Shown here: positions 39,796 to 49,267 of the stretch, piece after piece | How positions within the stretch are numbered: position 1 is the stretch's first letter | Layout of the letters: each line of letters begins with the position of its first letter | Assembly (NCBI GenBank): GCA_963668175.1 | Contig: OY764159.1 | Span: forward strand, 1,344,001-1,408,000 | Source of the DNA: Syntrophales bacterium | GTDB taxonomy: Bacteria > Desulfobacterota > Syntrophia > Syntrophales > PHBD01 | Length of the DNA: 64,000 nucleotides | Reading direction: 5' to 3' | Made by a program: the position numbers and the translations under genes | Notes under the pieces: generated by a model | The model's input: the letters and a program-made list of their open reading frames with translations, nothing else | What the model was told of the DNA's origin: nothing | The model's database searches: none

Positions 39796-40392
39796 ATGAA
39801 ATCGATTTATACCATCCTGTTTGCGGTCACCGCCGCCGCGGTCTTTGCGGCATCTCCCGCATCCGCCCGTTCCGACGCCTTCAAGGACAACATCTACAAT
39901 CCCGGCCGTCTCAAGCCGACCGACAGCGTGCTTAAGGTGAAAGCTGGGGACCCGGCTCCCGATTTTACACTTCCGGCCGTTGCCGGAGGGACGGTTACGC
40001 TCAGCCGCTTCAGGGGCAGTAAGAATGTGGTCCTGTCCTTCGTTCCCGCCGCCTGGACACCCGTCTGTTCCGACCAGTGGCCCGGGTATAATATCGTCAA
40101 GGACCTCTTCGACGCCCACGACGCGGTGCTTCTGGGAATTACGGTGGACAACATACCGACGCTCTTTTCCTGGACGAACCAGATGGGGCGGCTGTGGTTC
40201 CCCGTCCTTTCCGATTTCTATCCCCACGGCAAAGCGGCGGCTGCTTACGGCATCCTGCGGTCCGACGGCACGTCGGAGAGGGCGCTCTTCGTGATCGACA
40301 AGAAGGGCATCATCCGCTACATCGATGTCCACGACATCAACGAAAGGCCGTCCCTGGAAGCCCTGGCAAAAGAACTGGAAAAGCTGAAATAG
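39796..40392 (+). CDS. Exported peroxiredoxin/redoxin (AhpC-TSA, AhpE-like)
   Basis: Signal peptide, [30 protein letters not shown]. Confidence 0.85.
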   Translation: MKSIYTILFAVTAAAVFAASPASARSDAFKDNIYNPGRLKPTDSVLKVKAGDPAPDFTLPAVAGGTVTLSRFRGSKNVVLSFVPAAWTPVCSDQWPGYNIVKDLFDAHDAVLLGITVDNIPTLFSWTNQMGRLWFPVLSDFYPHGKAAAAYGILRSDGTSERALFVIDKKGIIRYIDVHDINERPSLEALAKELEKLK

Positions 40393-40543
40393 GCGGCACT
40401 GCCGGATGAAGGCGGAGTCGATGCGATAAAAGCGGTCTTTCCGTCCGGTGTTTTTAATGCTATAAAGTAATCGTTTCTATTCCGGTTGCTGCACGTTCGT
40501 ATTGAAAAGGCGGCATCAAGGATTGCGAACGGAGAAGACTGTG

Positions 40544-41122
40544 ATGACGAAAAGGCCGATTTTGTATATGGCGGCATGTCTGCTCGCGTCGCTTTTCCTG
40601 GCGGCACCCGCCGGGGCGGCGTCGGTGCCGGCCGTCGGCGACAGTCTTCCGGACATTATCCTGGACGTTCCACAGGATACGGCAGATATGGGCTATCTGG
40701 GGCTGCCGCAAGGGGACACAACGTTCAGGCTGAAGGCGATCAAGGCCCGCGCCATGATCGTCGTCATATTCAACATCTATTGCCGCACATGTCAGGAGGA
40801 GGCACCCAATCTCAAGGTGCTCTACGAAAGGATTGCGGCCGATCCCGCTTCGGCGGGAAAGGTCAAGATCGTCGGGATCGGTATGGGCAATTCGGCTTAC
40901 GAGGTCGATAACTTCCGCAAGAGGTACCATATTCCCTTCCCGCTCTTTCCCGACAGGAAATTTACTGTCCATAAGCAGGTGGGCGAGGTGAGGACCCCGT
41001 ATCTCTTCGGCGTCAAGACGGGCGGCGACAGGTCTTTGCGCATCATATACTCCAGGGAGGGAGGCTTCCCGTCAGCGGACGAATTTCTCCGCCGGATCGT
41101 TCGCCTCTCCGGTCTGGAATAG
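40544..41122 (+). CDS. Second exported TlpA/ResA-like protein, paralog of 39200-39784
   Basis: FNIYCRTC; shares IPFPLFPD and [11 protein letters not shown] with the first copy. Confidence 0.8.
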   Translation: MTKRPILYMAACLLASLFLAAPAGAASVPAVGDSLPDIILDVPQDTADMGYLGLPQGDTTFRLKAIKARAMIVVIFNIYCRTCQEEAPNLKVLYERIAADPASAGKVKIVGIGMGNSAYEVDNFRKRYHIPFPLFPDRKFTVHKQVGEVRTPYLFGVKTGGDRSLRIIYSREGGFPSADEFLRRIVRLSGLE

Positions 41123-41327
41123 ACGTTCGTGGACCCTGGTCTTCCCGGCATCCCGGTCCGGCTATTTTCGTCATCGACAAGCGGGCATTTATCCGCTATA
41201 GCGGCTCCCGGAATCAACGCAAGACCCTTCATAGAGGATCTCGCCGGATAAACGGAAAAATCGAAATAACGGGCACTGCCGGACGAGCCGGCGGAGGCTG
41301 TGATAGGAAAGGAAGCGGTCAAAAAGA

Positions 41328-42110
41328 TTGCACAAGTATAAAATCACCCTCGAATACGACGGGACTGGATACAGCGGCTGGCAGACCCAGAAGAATGCCC
41401 GGAGTATCCAGGCGACGGTGCTGGCCGCGGCGCGGGAGGTTTTCGGGACGGTGGCCGATCTCCAGGGGGCCGGGCGGACCGACGCCGGGGTCCATGCTCT
41501 GGGCCAGGTCGCCCATATCGAAACGGAAAAAAGAATTCCTCCGCAGCAGGTCCTCTTCGGCCTCAACGACCGTCTGCCCGCCTCCGTCAACGTCCTGCAC
41601 GTGGAGACGGCGTCGCCGCGTTTTCATGCCCGCCACCATGCCCGGCAGCGGATTTATCTCTACCAGATTTCCCGGCGCCGGACGGCCTTCGGGAAGCGGT
41701 ACGTCTGGTGGATCAAGGACGATCTCGATACGGCCGCGATGAAGGCGGTCTCTTCCCTCTTCGTCGGCATGCACGACTTCGTTTCCTTTGCGGACAAGAG
41801 GTTCGACAAGGACGCATCGACCAAGGTCAAGGTCGACGCCGTCGAACTCATCGACGCGGACGACCTCCTTCTCATCCGGGTGGCCGGATCGCATTTCCTC
41901 TGGAAGATGGTGCGGCGGATGGTGGGCGTTCTGGCCGAAGTGGGCCGGGGCAACCTGGACGGCCGGGCCATTGTGAAGATGCTTCAGCATTATTCGACCG
42001 AACCGGCCAGGCTCACGGCGCCGGCCTCGGGCCTCTTCCTCGAACAGGTCCTTTACGAAGGGGACCGACAGCGGACCGTGAACCTTCCCCGTTCCTACCC
42101 AAGTCTTTAA
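41328..42110 (+). CDS. truA: tRNA pseudouridine(38-40) synthase
   Basis: EYDGTGYSGWQ, AGRTDAGVHA, FHAR, FLWKMVR. Confidence 0.92.
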   Translation: MHKYKITLEYDGTGYSGWQTQKNARSIQATVLAAAREVFGTVADLQGAGRTDAGVHALGQVAHIETEKRIPPQQVLFGLNDRLPASVNVLHVETASPRFHARHHARQRIYLYQISRRRTAFGKRYVWWIKDDLDTAAMKAVSSLFVGMHDFVSFADKRFDKDASTKVKVDAVELIDADDLLLIRVAGSHFLWKMVRRMVGVLAEVGRGNLDGRAIVKMLQHYSTEPARLTAPASGLFLEQVLYEGDRQRTVNLPRSYPSL

Positions 42111-42132
42111 CCCGTTTCCGGTTCGGCGGGAA

Positions 42133-42972
42133 CTAAGCCTGCAGATAGCTGTGAAGGCCCGGGAGGTAGTTTACCCCCAGGTACGTAAAGAGGACGGACG
42201 CGAAGCCGATGACGGCCATGAGCGCCAGGCGTTTGCCGCGCCAGTCGCGGACGTACCGGGCGTGAAGCATGGCGGCGTATATGATCCAGGTAATGAGGGA
42301 CCAGGTCTCTTTCGGGTCCCAGCTCCAGTACGATCCCCAGGCGTAATGAGCCCAGATGGAACCCGTCATGATCCCGATCGTAAGAAATACAAAGCCAAGG
42401 GCGACGCTGCGATAGATCGTCTCGTCCAGGCTCTCCGAAGAGGGGAGGCGTTCGCCGATTCCCTCGTGACGGGCCGTGATCCAATCCCTGAGAAAATAGA
42501 TCAGGCCGCATCCGAAAGCGACGGTGAAGGAGGCATAGCCCAGAAAACAGGTAACGACGTGGCTCGTCAGCCAGTTGCTTTGCAAGGCCGGGATCAGGGG
42601 TTGAATCTGGCTGCTGACGCCGGGAGCGATCGAGGCGTAGGCCATGGCGAGAAAAGCCGCGGGCATCACGAAGGCGCCGATGGCGCGGGAGCCGGTTCGC
42701 CATTCGATGAAGAGGTTGATGGCGACAATCGCCCAGGCGAAGAAGACCATCGATTCGTACAGGTTCGACAGGGGGATATGCCCGATGCCGAGATCGTAGG
42801 AAGCCTTCCAGCGGAGGAGCAGGGCGCATGTTTCGGCGGCGATGCCTATCCATGCGGCGATGGAGCCGACGCGGCCCCATAATTCCTTTCCGAAAATCAT
42901 GCGGACAAGATAGGCGACAAAGGAAAAGAAGTAGATAAATGTCACCCAGCTTAAAATCGTCGTATGCGTCAT
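42133..42972 (-). CDS. resC: System II cytochrome c synthase WWD subunit (ResC/CcsA)
   Basis: HIPLSNLYES, PALQSNWLTSH, WAHYAWGSYWSWDPKETW, GLHSY. Confidence 0.95.
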   Translation of the reverse strand: MTHTTILSWVTFIYFFSFVAYLVRMIFGKELWGRVGSIAAWIGIAAETCALLLRWKASYDLGIGHIPLSNLYESMVFFAWAIVAINLFIEWRTGSRAIGAFVMPAAFLAMAYASIAPGVSSQIQPLIPALQSNWLTSHVVTCFLGYASFTVAFGCGLIYFLRDWITARHEGIGERLPSSESLDETIYRSVALGFVFLTIGIMTGSIWAHYAWGSYWSWDPKETWSLITWIIYAAMLHARYVRDWRGKRLALMAVIGFASVLFTYLGVNYLPGLHSYLQA

Positions 42973-44354
42973 GAAGCCAGTTCCTTTACAATTTGGGTAC
43001 GGATGCCGTCCATCAGCCGCTTCATGGATGCGGCGTTCCGGTTGCTGCGGCCGGCCACGGATATCCGCGTCTTTCCCTTAACGGTGTCGACGCGGACCCA
43101 GAAGCGATGGTGGAAGACGAAGTAGATGACGACAAGCCCCGCAATCATCAGGAACCCGCCGCCGGCGACGAGCGGCACGCCGGGGTCACGGGCTACCTGG
43201 AGGCCTGTATAGTATTGTTGTTCGACGCGGAGGAGGGCGAAGACATACGGCCTGAACAGGCCGGGGTTGAAGAGGGGGACTTCGTCCATGAGTCCCGGGT
43301 TCGATTCCTTGATCTCGTCGATATGCTGGAATATCCAGAACTGAACATCCGTTGCCGCCGACCGGACGCGGATTTTCGCCGCCGGTCCCATATTCATCAA
43401 GTTGTCTTCGACGCGGAGCACCTCGACCTTGGCGTCGCTTCCCGGGATGTCGAATACATCCCCGACGCTGATCATGAATCCTTTTTCCTTCAACGCTTTG
43501 CCGGTGACCGTGATGAAGGCGCGGCCGTCCGAAACGGAGCCGTAGCTTGCCTGGTAGAAACGGACGCCGCCAAACTCGAGGGGATGATTGACAAGCACCG
43601 GCCCCTGAAAGACCACCTTGCCGTCCTTAATGAAGCTGAGATCGGAGCGGTAGGTCTTCGGGGCGCCGTTTTCGTAGAAATCCACCATGAAGCGGTCGCA
43701 CCGGACGGAAAAGCCGAGGTCCCGTGTCCCCTTGCCGCCCCTGATCGAGGCAGCGTCGGCGGTTCCGCCCTCGACGATGTTCATGTAGGCGTTCAAGCCC
43801 CATAGGGAGCCGACGAGGGTCCCGGCGATCATAATGAGGATGCTCAAATGGACGGCGTAGACGCCAAAGAGGGAGAACCGCCCTTTGTCTCCGAAGAAGA
43901 CCGTCGTGCCTTCCTGGGAATCGTTCCTTTCGAGTCGGCGGAATTTGCCCCGCAGGAGCGCCTCGACGCGCTTCGCGACGTCTTCGCGCCCGGCGTCGGA
44001 GATCATGACCTGTTCGGGAGGCAGATTCTCGTAAAGCCCGGCCGGACCGGGAAAGGGGCTGGACGTGAATTGACGCAATGATGCGGGAAAACGCCTCCAT
44101 GAGCAGACGATAAGATTGACGGACAAGAGTCCCAGAAGGACGTAGAATACCAGGGAGTGGTAGATGTCGAAAAGCTGGAGATTGTGCAGGATGCCCACCG
44201 TGGTCGGCGACAGCTGCCGGGCGAATTCCGGCGCGTTTTCCTGCTGCGGGATGAAGGTCCCGACAATGGCCAGCAGGGCGATCAGGATCAGGAGGGTCAG
44301 GGTCAGTTTGAGGGAAGACAGGACCTTGAGAAGAGGGTTGTCGTTTTTCGGCAA
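42969..44354 (-). CDS. resB: System II cytochrome c biogenesis protein ResB
   Basis: GTFIPQ, DIYHS, YAVHLS, VNHPL..YQAS, GLQVARDPG. Confidence 0.92.
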   Translation of the reverse strand: MPKNDNPLLKVLSSLKLTLTLLILIALLAIVGTFIPQQENAPEFARQLSPTTVGILHNLQLFDIYHSLVFYVLLGLLSVNLIVCSWRRFPASLRQFTSSPFPGPAGLYENLPPEQVMISDAGREDVAKRVEALLRGKFRRLERNDSQEGTTVFFGDKGRFSLFGVYAVHLSILIMIAGTLVGSLWGLNAYMNIVEGGTADAASIRGGKGTRDLGFSVRCDRFMVDFYENGAPKTYRSDLSFIKDGKVVFQGPVLVNHPLEFGGVRFYQASYGSVSDGRAFITVTGKALKEKGFMISVGDVFDIPGSDAKVEVLRVEDNLMNMGPAAKIRVRSAATDVQFWIFQHIDEIKESNPGLMDEVPLFNPGLFRPYVFALLRVEQQYYTGLQVARDPGVPLVAGGGFLMIAGLVVIYFVFHHRFWVRVDTVKGKTRISVAGRSNRNAASMKRLMDGIRTQIVKELAS

Positions 44355-44535
44355 TGAAGGATTCTCCTTTTATCGTCACGCCCGTCGGGCGTCCGTACCG
44401 CGGCAAGCGATACTATCTATAAATTTTACCATCAATGCCGACCCATAGCAAGCAGAAGGTGGCGGCAACGCCGGACGGATTTCCCGGCCCGCACAGGCCT
44501 CTGTGCGACAAATCTGTCGATCCCTCAGCATAACG

Positions 44536-44566
44536 CTTGACAAGAACGGTCAAGTGGCGCTATTTT
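44536..44566 (+). promoter_or_regulatory. Candidate promoter/operator for the nrfD-like operon
   Basis: TTGACA (44537-44542)-N18-TATTTT, overlapped by palindrome CTTGAC-N7-GTCAAG (44536-44554). Confidence 0.45.
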
Positions 44567-44612
44567 ATTTGCGGGGGCAACGTATTTGTATGATGTGTGG
44601 AGATGTTTATTT

Positions 44613-45869
44613 ATGGCCTCTTTGGGTAAAGCTTGGCAAGCCGTCGATGTGGCGGCCGCATTAAGGCGCGTCCTATCCGGCGGACCCGTCTATCTCTTTT
44701 TTCTTTTCCTGTTTGTCGCCCTTCTGCTGACCGGTGCCGGGGCCGGAGTTCATGCCCTGTTCGTCGCCGGCAGTCGCCACGCCTACGGGACATACCGGCA
44801 GGTTCCCGTGGCGATGCTGATATCCAGTTACGCCTTCTTTGCCATCGCCTCGACAGGGATCTGCATCATATCGTCCATCGGGCACGTCTTCGGGGTCAGG
44901 GACCTCATGCCGCTGGCCAAGCGATGCGTGCTCCTTTCGATCTTCACCATCCTGTCGGGGTTTTTCGTGATCGGCCTGGAGTTGGAGAATCCGATCCGGA
45001 TGGCCATCTACAACGTCATCTCACCGAATTTATCATCGAACATCTGGTGGATGGGCACCCTGTACGGCTTTGAAGTTGTCTTCCTCACGGTGGAGTTTAT
45101 CTTCCTCATGAGCGGCGATCACCGGACGGCGTCGAAAGTCGGCCTGGTGGGAGTTATCTGCGGAGTCGCCGCCATCAGCAACCTGGGCGGCGTTTTTGCC
45201 ATGATGCACGGCCGCGAGTTTTGGTACGGCCCGTTTCTGCCCGTCTTTTTCATCGCCTCCGCCATGATGACCGGCTGCGCCTTCATCATGTTCTTCACGA
45301 TCATCGCCTCTTTCGTCGGACGAAAGAAGATTGAAGGGGCGACGGCCCGGTCCCTGGAAGTCGTTTCGAACCTCGCGATGCTGATGATTGCCGTGGCCCT
45401 GTTTTTCACGATCTGGCGGATGGTGTCGCTCAGCGTCGCGGGCGAACGGCAGCTCCTGGAGCTCGAAGCCATGGTCTCCGGGGCCTTTGCCTTCAATTTC
45501 TGGGGCCTGGAAATCGTCTGCGGCATCGTCATCCCTTTCATCCTTCTTTGGCTCGGAAAGGGCAGAAGCATGTGGCTCATGTTCACGGCGTCGGCCCTCG
45601 TCATATTTTCGGTCTTCTTCGTTCGTCTGGATCTCGTCGTCATCGGGCAGATCGTGCCGTACTATATGGATCTCGGTGTCGTCGAGTATTCCCGCCTCAA
45701 CGCCTATATGCCGACCTTGCACGAAGGCCTGGTGGTGCTGGGCGGGATAGGCTTCTGCATGTCGGCCTTCCTCTTTGCCGAGAGGCTCTTCGACGGCTAC
45801 CCCGACGACGGCCATGACGACGCCGTATCGCACGAGGCTGCCGGGGACCGGGCGGAGGTGGCATCATGA
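44613..45869 (+). CDS. NrfD/PsrC-family integral membrane quinol-interacting subunit
   Basis: About ten TM segments, ELENPIR, SPNLSSNIWWMGTLY, REFWYGP, YMPT. Confidence 0.85.
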   Translation: MASLGKAWQAVDVAAALRRVLSGGPVYLFFLFLFVALLLTGAGAGVHALFVAGSRHAYGTYRQVPVAMLISSYAFFAIASTGICIISSIGHVFGVRDLMPLAKRCVLLSIFTILSGFFVIGLELENPIRMAIYNVISPNLSSNIWWMGTLYGFEVVFLTVEFIFLMSGDHRTASKVGLVGVICGVAAISNLGGVFAMMHGREFWYGPFLPVFFIASAMMTGCAFIMFFTIIASFVGRKKIEGATARSLEVVSNLAMLMIAVALFFTIWRMVSLSVAGERQLLELEAMVSGAFAFNFWGLEIVCGIVIPFILLWLGKGRSMWLMFTASALVIFSVFFVRLDLVVIGQIVPYYMDLGVVEYSRLNAYMPTLHEGLVVLGGIGFCMSAFLFAERLFDGYPDDGHDDAVSHEAAGDRAEVAS

Positions 45870-46618
45870 CAACGAACGAAACCGAAAGCAAGAAGACTGC
45901 GCGGGAAGGGAAAGGCGATATCCAGGACAGGGAACGACGCGAGTTCCTGAAGATCGGCCTGGTGATCACGGGCGTTTTTGCCGGCGGCACGGTCCTCTCC
46001 CTCGCTTCCATAGCCGGAAAGGGATCGTCAGCTGCTTTAAGCAAGGAGCCGTATCCGTATAAGCCTCACTACGGCATGGTGATAAGGCAGGACCGCTGCA
46101 TCGACTGCGAGCGCTGCATGGAGGCCTGCGTTGCCACCAATCACGTGCCGTCCTACGGCTGGCGGACCAATATCCTGGCCCGGGAAGTGCCCGCTGCCGT
46201 CGGGCAGAACCGGGAGTTCATCCCCATCCTCTGCAACCAGTGCAACAACCCGCCCTGCGTCCGGACCTGCCCGACCACGGCGACTTATAAAGATAAGAAA
46301 ACCGGGATTGTCGTCATGGACATCAAGAAATGCATCGGCTGCAAGTCCTGCATGATGGCCTGTCCTTACGATATGCGCTACTACAACGAAGAGAGGCAGG
46401 CCATCGACAAGTGCGATTTCTGTTTCGAATCGAGACTCAAGAAGGGTGAGAAGACCACGGCCTGCGCCGAGGCCTGTCCGGCCGACGTGCGGGTGTTCGG
46501 CGATATCTCCGATCCGGGGAACCGCGCCTATCAACTGATTCATCAGGTTCAGAAAGCCGTCTGGGTTTTGCGGCCGGAGGTCGGCGCCCTGCCGAACATC
46601 TTCTACACGAAGGGTTAA
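45866..46618 (+). CDS. NrfC/PsrB-like 4x[4Fe-4S] protein with Tat motif
   Basis: RREFLK, CIDCERC, CNQCNNPPC, CIGCKSC, KCDFC..CAEACP. Confidence 0.9.
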   Translation: MTTNETESKKTAREGKGDIQDRERREFLKIGLVITGVFAGGTVLSLASIAGKGSSAALSKEPYPYKPHYGMVIRQDRCIDCERCMEACVATNHVPSYGWRTNILAREVPAAVGQNREFIPILCNQCNNPPCVRTCPTTATYKDKKTGIVVMDIKKCIGCKSCMMACPYDMRYYNEERQAIDKCDFCFESRLKKGEKTTACAEACPADVRVFGDISDPGNRAYQLIHQVQKAVWVLRPEVGALPNIFYTKG

Positions 46619-46628
46619 CGGAATTACG

Positions 46629-48950
46629 ATGAAAAAGCGTTTCGCCTTGATCACGATGATACTGGCCGTTCCGATGCTTGTGGCCGCCGGCGCCGCCACG
46701 GGAAGCTTTTCCGACGGGGGCGGCATCCTCTACACGGAGCCGGTGAAGGCGGTCCTCTTCAGCCATAAAGCCCACGTGGACGCGAAGGGGATTTCCTGCG
46801 ATCGCTGCCATTCTGGTCTCTTCGACATGGAAGCCCTGAAGGTCCAGCAGAAGAAGGATTTCGTCATGGAATCCCTCTACAAGGGCAAGTACTGCGGGGC
46901 CTGTCACAACGGCAAGGCGGCATTCGCCTCCGACACCCAGTGCGCTCGGTGCCATGTCCGTGCCGAGGGGATCAAGGCCGGATTCGTCAAGGGCAAAGAG
47001 AAAGCGGCTACGGTCTATAATACTTCGGTAACGATGGGCAAAGGGGAGAGCGCCGTCCGTTTCCGTCATGAAACGCACACCGCCAAGGCCGCATGCGCCG
47101 ACTGCCACCCCCGCCTCTTCAAAGCGAAAAAAGGCGCCGACCGCATTGCCATGGCCGATCACGGCAAAAACAAGTACTGCTTCTCGTGCCATGACGGCCG
47201 CAAGGCCTCTACGTGGAACGAATGCAGCACCTGCCATGCCAAGGTGCCGGTCCCTTCCCAGGCCGTTCTCTTCGGGAAGGGCGAGAAGGCGGTGCCCTTC
47301 AACCACAAGAGCCACACGGCGTCCCTGAAGTGCGCAAGCTGTCATACGAAACTATTCCCCTACAAGAAAACCGGGAAGAAGATCGCCTTCGCCGACCATG
47401 CCGCGAACAAGGACTGCTTCGCATGCCACGCCAGCTCGGGAAAAGGTTCGGCCTCTTACGACTGCAACCGCTGCCATGCGAAGACAAAGACATCCGCGGC
47501 TGCCGCGCCTGCTGCGGGGCCTGCCGGGCCCGCCCAGCCCCTTCTTTTCGGCCAGGGGGCGAAGGCTGTAGCCTTCAACCACAAGAGCCATTCGGGGGGC
47601 TCGATGCAGTGCGCAAGCTGCCATACGAAGCTCTTCCCCTACAAGCGGAGCGGCGAAAAGATCGCCTTCGCGGATCATGCCACGAACAAGAACTGCTTCG
47701 CGTGCCATGCCAGCTCGGGAAAAGGCTCGGCAACCTATACCTGCAATCTCTGCCATAAGAGTCAGGCCTCCGCCGCCCCGGCCGGGAACAAGGCCGGGAG
47801 CAAGAACGGCTGCCTCAACTGCCATGCCAATGACGCTGCCATGAAGGCGATGGTCAAACCGCCGGCGATCCCCACCGAAGGAGAGGGCTGAGCGGGGGCG
47901 CCTCCGCCAGTTAAGGCGGAGGAGTATTATAAAGGCTACCTTGTCGATCAGGGGCTGGTCGGAACGGACGTGCACCTCAGGATGGGGTGCAAGGCCTGCC
48001 ACGGCGGCGACGAAAACGGCGGATCGAAGGCCGCCGCCCACAAAGGCCTGATCGTCCGGCCCTCCGACGACCTCAAAGCCTGCGGGAACTGCCACAAGGC
48101 CATTGCCGACACATACGCCAAATCCCTCCATTACACGACCATCGGCCAGCGCGAGGGCGTCAAGGCCCGTTTCTCCAAGGCGGAACTGGCCATGTTCGAC
48201 CGGAAAGTATTCAACCAGTCCTGCCGCAGCTGCCACGCCTCCTGCGGCGACTGCCACGTTAAATCGCCTCCCGTCTCGGGTATTTCCCTGGGACTCATCG
48301 CCGGGCACAAGTTCGTCAAAAAGAACGAGGGGAAGACCTGCGCCTTCTGCCACGGAGGACGCGTCTATCCCGAATTCACCGGCGAATACGGCGGGTCCCC
48401 CGACGTCCACTACCAGAAGGGCATGATGTGCATGGACTGCCATAAGAAGTCGGAGGTCCACGGCGACGGCGCGATGGCGATGAACAAGCAGTCCGTCAAG
48501 GACCGGCCCCGGTGTGTAGCCTGCCATAAGCTCGACGGCAAGCAAATGGCCCATAACGTCCACCAGGACAAGGTGACCTGCCAGGGGTGCCACGTCGGCG
48601 GCGAGTACCGCCAATGCGAGAACTGTCACGTGGGTCCCGGCTCCATGTCGAAGCCGGGTTTCATCCTGGGACGGAATCCCCGGGACAACAAGACGTTGAC
48701 CACGCTCCGGTTGATCCCCACGGTCAGGGACACGTTCAAGCCGGCAGGCATCGCCATGAGCAGCTTCGATGCTGTGCCCAACTACTGGGATTCCCCCGTC
48801 CACAGCATCAAGAAGCGTACGGCACGGACCAGGTCTTGCGACAGCTGCCATGCGCAGCGGGAAGGGTTCCTGAAGGAGGAAACACTCATCAAGGACGGCT
48901 CCAAGGCCAACCGGAACCTGATCTATAACCTGAAACCCCTGGGTAAATAA
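46629..48950 (+). CDS. Predicted 773-aa multiheme c-type cytochrome selenoprotein (23 CXXCH, UGA at codon 421)
   Basis: Signal peptide; 13 CXXCH before and 10 after the in-frame TGA 47889-47891; 26 sense codons link to ORF 47970-48950; SECIS-like hairpin. If read-through is wrong, these are two cytochrome genes. Confidence 0.8.
47889..47922 (+). promoter_or_regulatory. UGA plus candidate SECIS hairpin
   Basis: TGA-GCGGGGGCG-CCTCCGCC-AGTTAA-GGCGGAGG: perfect 8-bp stem; loop begins 17 nt after the UGA with GU at loop positions 2-3. Confidence 0.75.
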
Positions 48951-49014
48951 TTGCCGGCCGGGAATTCAAACGGCGCGGCAGAACCTGCAAGAAACCAATC
49001 CAATGCCAGACCCG

Positions 49015-49045
49015 GCCCGGCAGGGCTATCCTGCCGGGCTTTATT
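49015..49045 (+). terminator. Intrinsic terminator after the cytochrome operon
   Basis: GCCCGGCAGG-GCTAT-CCTGCCGGGC-TTTATT. Confidence 0.7.
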
Positions 49046-49267
49046 GCTTGCCGTAGAGAGGGGCTATTGAGCCCTTCCTTGAAAATAGCCGGGAGATGGG
49101 TTACACTGCGCCGTCATCTTCGAAAGGCCTGTCTCTTTCATTCGGGCCTTTCCGGGGAAGGCGGCGGAGTTGTCCCGAGGGCCTGAAGAAGGCCGGCGTT
49201 CCGTCCGGAAGGCTGGCTCAACGCGGGCCCGCCGTGCGGAACACATTACAACGGCGGAGGATCGAAG

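Noticed and set aside
39796..40392. Selenoprotein form of the peroxiredoxin or the TlpA proteins
   Set aside because: Active-site codons are Cys (TGT/TGC) and the ORFs are uninterrupted.
46629..48950. NrfA or octaheme nitrite reductase identity for the cytochrome
   Set aside because: No CXXCK motif, and heme spacing fits c7 repeats plus a different decaheme domain.
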